A stretch of DNA of 64,000 nt. It comes from Oscillospiraceae bacterium. GTDB lineage: Bacteria > Bacillota > Clostridia > Oscillospirales > Ruminococcaceae. Positions 57,843 to 64,000 of the stretch are shown one piece after another; position 1 is the first letter of the stretch; each line of letters opens with the position of its first letter. The stretch covers positions 37,915-101,914 of the forward strand of contig JAFVOU010000022.1 in the NCBI GenBank assembly GCA_017505635.1. The letters are read 5' to 3'. The translations under genes and the position numbers were made by a program. Below the pieces are notes generated by a model. The model was not told the DNA's origin. It did not search any database and was given only the letters and a program-made list of their open reading frames with translations.

Positions 57843-59066
57843 TTAATTAACCTCCAGTTTACCGCTCATCAGGCGAGGTAACAACATATCACGCTGTGTA
57901 GCAAGGTTTCTGTTTTTATCCATCAGGGTCATAATTTCCCGGTCAATCGGTTCAATCACTTCTGTAAACGCAACGATAAGGTATGCATCGGGTTTTAAGA
58001 GTTTAATTCTTTTGATGTTATAAAGCGGCAACTTAGGTTGAGTTGCTCCAACAATTCCTGCTTGAATTGCGCCTTTTCCCGCATCAGAGTTCAAGAAATG
58101 ATACAAAAAAGAATTTGTAAAATGTCTTACATTAACGAGCTTCACACAGTTTTCTGTCAGATTTGCCCCATCAAGACTTTTTCCAACGCAAGCTATGGCT
58201 CCGATTGTTCCGACAATGGAAACCAAAACATCGTTTGTGTTAACTGTGAAACGCTGAATAATGTCAAATGTTTCGTCATCTATGTACTCAAAACTATTGG
58301 TTAGAGAAATAAATTTCGATGCTGTAATATCTCGTATTCTAATATAAGGGTGCTCTGTTATCCTGCCACAAAGAGTCTTTCCTTCGGGTAATCTTTTTCC
58401 ACCCTTGATGTCCACATAATCGCCCAATTTAACTACATTCCATCCCTTTGGGAGACCATTCTCGAACTTAGTGTTTTCATACCCCGGAAAGCGAAAACGG
58501 ACAAACCATTCCTTATACAGCTCCTGTGCTGTCTGCTCCAACAATTCAATTCTACGGTTGTTTGCTTCAATCAGATCGTCGTAGGCAGAGAGAATATCTG
58601 CTATGCGTTCCTGCGTAGGAAGATCTGGCAAGTTGAGCTTTAAGCGCTGTATAAACCTTTTATCCGCACGCTGTCTGCCGCTTGCACCGGTCATGCTGTT
58701 GATTGCTGGCAACACAACTGCATCACTGGAAGTAAGATAATAGGTGAATCGTGCATCAGCCTTTTTCTTTTTTGCTCTAAAGACATAGAACTCAGTTGAG
58801 CCAAACGCAGCATCACCATCAATGGCTACTTTGGCGATCTTTCTATTCTCCAAGCAAGGTGTAATGCGGGAAAAAACAGTATCACCATCACAAAATTTAC
58901 TGCTACTTTGTCCGTCATAAACTTTTACTTCTTCGTTCGTCACCGAACGGCGGGTGGGTGATACTTTATCAATATCAATAAAAGGGTAAGATTCTCCCTT
59001 TTTCAGCTTCACAGGCGGATTTACATCAATAATATCTTCTAATCTTTTTTCTTCCCATTTACTCAA
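57843..59066 (-). CDS. hsdS: Type I restriction enzyme S (specificity) subunit
   Basis: It has two target-recognition domains separated by the conserved LPTQERIADILSAYDDLIEANNRRIELLEQ helix, and a C-terminal repeat of that helix (NLATQRDMLLPRLMSG). The TTG start follows GGAGG. Confidence 0.9.
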   Translation of the reverse strand: MSKWEEKRLEDIIDVNPPVKLKKGESYPFIDIDKVSPTRRSVTNEEVKVYDGQSSSKFCDGDTVFSRITPCLENRKIAKVAIDGDAAFGSTEFYVFRAKKKKADARFTYYLTSSDAVVLPAINSMTGASGRQRADKRFIQRLKLNLPDLPTQERIADILSAYDDLIEANNRRIELLEQTAQELYKEWFVRFRFPGYENTKFENGLPKGWNVVKLGDYVDIKGGKRLPEGKTLCGRITEHPYIRIRDITASKFISLTNSFEYIDDETFDIIQRFTVNTNDVLVSIVGTIGAIACVGKSLDGANLTENCVKLVNVRHFTNSFLYHFLNSDAGKGAIQAGIVGATQPKLPLYNIKRIKLLKPDAYLIVAFTEVIEPIDREIMTLMDKNRNLATQRDMLLPRLMSGKLEVN

Positions 59067-59778
59067 CTTTTTCCGCCTCCTTCCGTTCTATATATTCCAA
59101 CAAAAAATTAATACATGACTCAACAAAATAATATTTGAATCGCTCATACTGCATTGTTGTATTAAAGATATAGGTGCGAGTCATTTTCATTTGATTCTGA
59201 TATTTATACGACTTGAGAATCTGTCTATCTGTTTCTAATGAAGCAATCCAGGTTGAATCGTTGTCATGTGCAAAAAATTGCATTTTCCAATAGTTCCCCT
59301 CATGGGCCACAATATCTCGCACAGCTTTAATAATCTCAAAGAAATCATCAATGGTCAATTCATGGCTCGCTTCATATTGATGATTCATATATACATCTTC
59401 AAAACCTGTCAACGAAAAGTTTTCAAGTATATATGCTTTTCCCTCATCACTCATGTATGATGGAAAACCTTCATAAAAAACCGGCTTCTTCATACCGGAT
59501 AACGCACACAGTGCTTCTAAGCAAGTTTTGATAAAGAAAATCCTAAGCGGATCTCGTCCGGGACGAATCTGATCAATATCGTTCGCAATAGAAACGAGGT
59601 GTTGGATCTGATTCATCATTCGACGAGGCGTTTTATCTTTGTCGTCATTTTGGAACACCTTTACGAAGAACGAAATCATATCCCGTTCTGATTCGAAGTT
59701 GTCCCTATAGAATTCAGACATCTGCACATAATATTCTTTATCAAATCCGACCGATTCAAATAGTTCTTCTGCTGTCAT
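59059..59778 (-). CDS. HEPN-like (Rx4H) hypothetical protein embedded between hsdM and hsdS
   Basis: The 239-aa product is mostly helical, with AVRDIVAHEG fitting the HEPN Rx4-6H signature. It shares an ATGA overlap with the hsdM stop and an 8-nt overlap with the hsdS start. Confidence 0.6.
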   Translation of the reverse strand: MTAEELFESVGFDKEYYVQMSEFYRDNFESERDMISFFVKVFQNDDKDKTPRRMMNQIQHLVSIANDIDQIRPGRDPLRIFFIKTCLEALCALSGMKKPVFYEGFPSYMSDEGKAYILENFSLTGFEDVYMNHQYEASHELTIDDFFEIIKAVRDIVAHEGNYWKMQFFAHDNDSTWIASLETDRQILKSYKYQNQMKMTRTYIFNTTMQYERFKYYFVESCINFLLEYIERKEAEKVE

Positions 59779-61523
59779 TCAAATAATCCCTTTAAATTCT
59801 CTGCAATCTTATTTTCCAAACTGTGTGCTTCTTCGTTCAGCTTGGACAGTGCCGTATAATATGCCATCATTCGTTGCTTGAACTCATCCTGTGTTAAACC
59901 GTCATCCTCGATCACAACACCGACATAACGACCAGGATTCAGGGAGAAGTCCTGATCACCGATACTGTCATCCTCATAGCCAACAAACTTTCCCTTGTCA
60001 TCATAAACCTTGCCAATTGTTGCTACCTTGCACAGACCGACAACATCTCTGTATTTCCCTTCAGGGAAACGCTCTGTCAGCCAATCAATGTTGGACTGCC
60101 AGTAGCTCTTAGGCATTATATCTTCGTCATCAGATACTTCCGGTGCTTCTGCCAGTTTTGCACGGTAATCCGCCAACAGAGTTTCGAAGTCCTCTGTTTT
60201 TCCTTCGTAAAGTCTGGTGATGATACCAAGATTGCGAATCTGTTCGTCAGAGAACTTTCGGTGCGCACGGTCAATCTGAGTAAAGATATTTCTGGCATCA
60301 ATAAACAGGATTTCATCCTTCTTTATCTTCGCCTTATCAAAGAACCACAAGGTGGCAGGCAGCGTAACAGAGGTAAACATATTGGACGGCAGTGTTACCA
60401 TCTGGCTGATAATTCCGCTTTCAATCAGCTTTACACGAATATCCTTTTCGCTGTTGCCTGCGTCGGATGCGGAGTTTGCCATAACCAGAGCAGCACGACC
60501 ACCATCATTCAGCGCAGTTGCAAACTGGTTAATCCAAAGGTAGTTGCCGTTCGGCACAGTTTCTTTTGCATCTTTCTTTTTGTTCTTGGTTTTGTTCTGA
60601 GGTACACCGTATGTGTTAAAACGGGGCTGATCTTTTACCTGATCCAGTTCTACGCCATCTACATTAAACGGAGGATTTGCCATAACATAGTCGAAATTAC
60701 CGAAGCTGTCGTATGGGTCACGGTAATAGGAGTTTGCGTGGGTAATGGTGCCACGGACATTGTTCAGGACAAGGTTCATCTTTGCCAGTCGAACAGTTGC
60801 ACCGGTCTTTTCTACGCCATATGCACGCAGGTTCATCTGCTTGCCCTGAGCTTTGTGCTTTTCGATATAATGAGCGGTCTGAACGAACATACCACCACTG
60901 CCACAGGCAGGGTCAAGAATCTTGCCTTCAGTAGGCGCAAGAACTTCAACCATGTAACGGACAACGGATGCAGGGGTGAAGAATTCACCGCCACCCTGAC
61001 CTTCAGCCAGTGCAAATTCGCCCAGGAAGTATTCGTAAATCTCACCAAAGATGTCCAGTTCCACATCAGCAGGAATGTCCTTGAAGTTCTTCAAGAGCTT
61101 TGCCAATACGAGCGGATCATCTTCGCTGTTAACGCTATAATAAATATCTTTCGGAAGTGTATCTTCCAATTCGGCGGTGTATTTTTCAACCGCTTCCATA
61201 GCTTCCTTAACCTTTTTAGCAAGATCTTCGCTTTCAGGCAGATTCAGCAGCCAATCATATCGGGCTTCTTCAGGTAGATAAAAACCGCATTTTTCGATAG
61301 CAATTTCGTGGATAGGGCGTTCCATACGAGTGCCCTTGATAGAAGCAAACTCTGCCTTAATCTCAGCTTCGAACTTGCTGTATTTTACATCTGCAAATCG
61401 CAGGAAAATCAGGCCGAGAATAGGCTCGGCATATTCAGTAGACTTCAATCCGGAATTAGCACGCAGCTGATCGGCAGTCGTCCACAATGTATCTTTTAAG
61501 TTTTTCAACTGTTTATTAGTCAT
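59775..61523 (-). CDS. hsdM: Type I restriction enzyme M subunit (N6-adenine methyltransferase)
   Basis: It has an HsdM N-terminal domain, DPACGSGGM (AdoMet binding) and NPPF (catalytic). The start was trimmed to the ATG at 61523 behind GGAGGAG. Confidence 0.95.
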   Translation of the reverse strand: MTNKQLKNLKDTLWTTADQLRANSGLKSTEYAEPILGLIFLRFADVKYSKFEAEIKAEFASIKGTRMERPIHEIAIEKCGFYLPEEARYDWLLNLPESEDLAKKVKEAMEAVEKYTAELEDTLPKDIYYSVNSEDDPLVLAKLLKNFKDIPADVELDIFGEIYEYFLGEFALAEGQGGGEFFTPASVVRYMVEVLAPTEGKILDPACGSGGMFVQTAHYIEKHKAQGKQMNLRAYGVEKTGATVRLAKMNLVLNNVRGTITHANSYYRDPYDSFGNFDYVMANPPFNVDGVELDQVKDQPRFNTYGVPQNKTKNKKKDAKETVPNGNYLWINQFATALNDGGRAALVMANSASDAGNSEKDIRVKLIESGIISQMVTLPSNMFTSVTLPATLWFFDKAKIKKDEILFIDARNIFTQIDRAHRKFSDEQIRNLGIITRLYEGKTEDFETLLADYRAKLAEAPEVSDDEDIMPKSYWQSNIDWLTERFPEGKYRDVVGLCKVATIGKVYDDKGKFVGYEDDSIGDQDFSLNPGRYVGVVIEDDGLTQDEFKQRMMAYYTALSKLNEEAHSLENKIAENLKGLFE

Positions 61524-61734
61524 TTGTATTCTCCTCCGGCACATATTGCATCAGATCGCCATAATCACAGTTCAACACATCGCAAATCCTACCAAGGATC
61601 GCAAGATTGACTGGTTCGTCTCTGCGAAGTTTCGTCATTGTATTTGGAGCAATATCTGCCGCTTTTCGTAAATCTGCTTTACTCATTTTCTTATCGACAA
61701 GCAGTTTCCACATTCGGTTATATGAAATAGCCAT
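61516..61734 (-). CDS. XRE-family HTH protein, first gene of the hsd operon (controller-like)
   Basis: It reads MSKADLRKAADIAPNTMTKLRRDEPVNLAILGRICDVLNCDYGDLM and is 72 aa. It overlaps the hsdM start by 8 nt. The RBS is ACAGGAGGT. Confidence 0.85.
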   Translation of the reverse strand: MAISYNRMWKLLVDKKMSKADLRKAADIAPNTMTKLRRDEPVNLAILGRICDVLNCDYGDLMQYVPEENTND

Positions 61735-61947
61735 GCTTCTACCTCCTGTTTCTTCTTTCACGCTTACTGTGTATAATAATAGCAAAGTTTGTCGCAATTT
61801 TCAAGATACTTTCGCAACTATATGCGATACTCGACTTCTTTTTAGGATTTTCGATGTTAATGGTCATTTCGCTTCGATTCCATTCCGGATAGGATAGGAA
61901 AGGATCAGTATCACTATAGTCAGTATTATTTATATCAGTATTATTAC

Positions 61948-61992
61948 ATTGTGCTTTTGACAACTCTTGAATTGTCAAAAGCACAATTCAAG
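61948..61992. promoter_or_regulatory. two overlapping perfect palindromes upstream of the HTH-hsd operon
   Basis: The first is ATTGTGCTTTTGACAA-N8-TTGTCAAAAGCACAAT (61948-61987). The second is CTTGAATTGT-N7-ACAATTCAAG (61966-61992). Their role as operator or terminator is undetermined. Confidence 0.4.
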
Positions 61993-62086
61993 AACTTTCC
62001 AAAAGACAATTCAGTAATTGTCTTTCCACAACAAAATGCCACCCGAAGGATTTCTCCCACGGGTGGCATCAAATAGTTTATCGTTT

Positions 62087-62350
62087 TTATTCATCCATGA
62101 CTTCTAACATCATCCTGGCTCCCAGTTTGAAGCTATTTTGGAATATCAGGCACTCCGTAAAGGTTTGATGTTCTCGGACACAATCAGTGTATTTCTCGAA
62201 CAATGCTTTCTGCTCGTCCGTCATAGCTGCTCGGAGTTTTTCTTCATTCCGGCAAATCATTTCCTGTAATTTCTTATACTCTTTACAGGAAGAAGTATCG
62301 TAGTCGGTAGGCTCGATATTGCCATACCAAAATTCTTCAAGGATTTTCAT
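62087..62350 (-). CDS. small conserved transposon-associated protein
   Basis: The N-terminal ILEEFWYGNIEP motif and its 87-aa length resemble a family that accompanies TnpV in clostridial elements. It shares an ATGA overlap with the TnpV-like stop. Confidence 0.55.
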   Translation of the reverse strand: MKILEEFWYGNIEPTDYDTSSCKEYKKLQEMICRNEEKLRAAMTDEQKALFEKYTDCVREHQTFTECLIFQNSFKLGARMMLEVMDE

Positions 62351-62709
62351 ACGATGTCCTCCTCATAAACCAGTTCCCGGAGGACGAGTTCTTCTGCCTG
62401 CGCTTTCAAGCTATTCATGTGCGACACCCATGCAAGTTGCTGTGTTGCCTTGTCTGGAGCTGGATTCTTCGCCAGCAATTTCTCCATCAGCAACTCCATT
62501 CGATTCTCACAGGTCTGCTGTACTTCCCACAGATGCGGGAACAATGTTTCTGTTAAAACCATGTCGTTGAAAAGCATCGGTTTGTTCTGTTCCAGGAATG
62601 CTCTGCGCATCCTGCCGTATTTGCCAAGCGTCTGTGTTCCCGTATGTTCCAATCTAATGTCAGGGATATAGTAATCACCATATTGGGTGTAAGTTAAGTT
62701 CTGAGCCAT
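62347..62709 (-). CDS. TnpV-like transposon accessory protein
   Basis: It reads LTYTQYGDYYIPDI...GKYGRMRRAFLEQNKP...HLWEVQQTCENRMELLMEKL, which resembles the TnpV family. The start was trimmed to the ATG at 62709 behind GGAGGT. Confidence 0.6.
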   Translation of the reverse strand: MAQNLTYTQYGDYYIPDIRLEHTGTQTLGKYGRMRRAFLEQNKPMLFNDMVLTETLFPHLWEVQQTCENRMELLMEKLLAKNPAPDKATQQLAWVSHMNSLKAQAEELVLRELVYEEDIV

Positions 62710-63011
62710 AATAGTACCTCCAATCAATCCTCTGTTTTCACTTAGATTGTACTGGATGGAACAGGAAAAGGGAAGTTTGTTGTATACGAAAATGAGCGAT
62801 ACCTGGTCATTCAAACCAAGTATCGCTCATTCTGTTTTGCTAACCTCGACTGCCAGATGCCGTAATCATAGAAAATTTGTTGTTTCCTGTATTATGGGCA
62901 CCCGGCATTTGACGGTGGCTTTTCTTTTTCAGCACAACAAAATCCCCGTACACAATAAATGTACGGGGATTTATCAATTCTGATGTGCAGCTGTACAACA
63001 GTCACTGCCTG

Positions 63012-64000
63012 TTATTTCTTAAAGTAATCAACTGCGCCTCTGAACATTTCCAGACCACGGCTGTTTGGCACGTTCTTGTAGTTGCGGTCGCACCATCTTT
63101 CGTCGTGGAGCATTTTACCGAACACACGGCCGTCAGGGCTTGTAATGCCTTCGATAGCCATCATGGAGTTGTTAGGGTTAAACATAATATCGCTTGTTGC
63201 ATTGCCGCTGAGGTCAACATACTGTGTAGCAACCTGACCGTTGGCGATAAGCTGGTCGATAACTTCCTGCGGAGCAATAAATCTGCCTTCGCCGTGGCTT
63301 GTTGCAGCTGTTGCAATGTCGCCTACTTCGTGGTACATAAGCCATGGAGACTTGTTGGATGCAACGCGTGTATGTGTAAGACGGGACTGGTGACGTGCGA
63401 TAGAGTTGAATGTAAGTGTTGGGATATCAGCACTTGGAGCAACAATTTCGCCGTAAGGAACAAGACCAAGTTTAACCAAAGCCTGGAAGCCGTTGCAGAT
63501 ACCTGTCATAAGACCGTCACGGTTGTCCAGAAGTTCGTGAATCTGTTCTGCAACCAGTGGGTTTCTCATAAGGGAGATGATAAATTTAGCAGAACCGTCC
63601 GGTTCGTCACCGCCGGAGAAGCCGCCAGGAATTGCAAGAATGTTTGCAGTTTTGATAAGTTTTGCAAGGTCTTTTGCAGACTGCATAACTTCTTCAGGTT
63701 TGCGGTTTCTTACAACAAAGATTTCTGTGTCTGCACCTGCACGGTCAAATGCTCTTGCAACGTCATATTCACAGTTTGTGCCTGGGAATACAGGGATGAT
63801 AACTTTTGGTGTTGCTGTTTTGATAAGTGGGCTTGGACGTGTGCCTTTAAAGTCGTAGCAGATGTTTTCCACTGCTTTTACAGGCTGCAGAGGTGTGTTG
63901 CTTGGGTAAACACCTTCAAGTTTTGCTTCCCACTTTTCTTCAAGCTTAGCAAGTTTGATGTGTTTGCGGTTGTAGATAACTGTGTATTTGTCGATTGTTG
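63012..64000 (-). CDS. purL: phosphoribosylformylglycinamidine synthase, C-terminal glutamine-amidotransferase part (partial; the gene continues beyond the window)
   Basis: It has the GATase block GICNGFQALVKLGL and HGEGRF. The frame stays open from 63872 to the window end (..KYTVIYNRKHIKLAKLEEKWEAKLEGVYPS..), so the track Met is an internal GTG. Confidence 0.85.
   Translation of the reverse strand, partial: TIDKYTVIYNRKHIKLAKLEEKWEAKLEGVYPSNTPLQPVKAVENICYDFKGTRPSPLIKTATPKVIIPVFPGTNCEYDVARAFDRAGADTEIFVVRNRKPEEVMQSAKDLAKLIKTANILAIPGGFSGGDEPDGSAKFIISLMRNPLVAEQIHELLDNRDGLMTGICNGFQALVKLGLVPYGEIVAPSADIPTLTFNSIARHQSRLTHTRVASNKSPWLMYHEVGDIATAATSHGEGRFIAPQEVIDQLIANGQVATQYVDLSGNATSDIMFNPNNSMMAIEGITSPDGRVFGKMLHDERWCDRNYKNVPNSRGLEMFRGAVDYFKK

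Noticed and set aside
61739-61984. An 81-aa minus-strand ORF upstream of the XRE gene
   Set aside because: It covers the promoter and palindrome region, has no RBS and has a low-complexity product (NNTDINNTDYSDTD).
63012-63872. Treating the 286-aa ORF as a complete stand-alone purQ
   Set aside because: The track start is an internal GTG. The same frame stays open to position 64000 with sensible sequence, which indicates the C-terminal domain of a fused large FGAM synthase that continues outside the window.

Overview
The window reads as a chromosomal segment from a Gram-positive anaerobe, probably Clostridia-like. That inference rests on GGAGG-type ribosome-binding sites, the gene families present and rho-independent terminators. 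No rRNA, tRNA or CRISPR array was recognised.

Five blocks:

1. 1-22.8 kb, housekeeping genes. These include acpS, a SufC/SufBD pair, a lysine riboswitch in front of an NhaC-family transporter, an Amidase_3 enzyme, an aldo-keto reductase with a ferredoxin domain, an orphan family-5 solute-binding lipoprotein, and a YtrA-type GntR plus ABC-2 operon. They continue with murC, a MarR plus ABC exporter pair, a GNAT, tadA, a CPBP protease, glf, ruvX, mscL, an M18 aminopeptidase and a solitary mazF.

2. About 22.9-37.0 kb, a degraded prophage on the minus strand. It keeps a cI/LexA-like repressor, a short terS-like ORF, terL without a canonical start, a truncated portal abutting a capsid gene, tail-fibre-like genes, a GH25 endolysin and a holin. 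There is no integrase or replication module. The holin is translationally coupled to a 527-aa signal-less, compositionally chimeric protein. That protein is followed by visibly AT-rich cargo: a 150-aa membrane protein and two paralogous modules, each a small protein plus a multipass membrane protein.

3. 37.2-49.0 kb, cell-envelope genes. These are six glycosyltransferases (three GT2, two GT4-like and one GT-B fold), a DUF2304-like protein and two tandem paralogous hydrolases built as 5xFN3 plus NlpC/P60 plus SH3b.

4. About 49.1-62.9 kb, a mobile element bounded by a large serine recombinase with TnpW-like and TnpV-like genes. Its cargo is one long minus-strand operon: XRE-HTH, hsdM, a HEPN-like gene, hsdS, a 258-aa unknown, a double zinc-ribbon protein, a TIR-domain protein and hsdR. 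The element also contains about 1 kb of ORF-free DNA that is dense in hairpins.

5. The 3' part of a fused FGAM synthase gene (purL/purQ), which runs off the window.

The best candidates for something undescribed are the three-gene TIR cassette (plus the HEPN-like gene) wired into the Type I R-M operon, and the holin-coupled chimeric effector-like protein with its membrane-protein modules. All functional calls come from motif recognition by eye. No database search was run.
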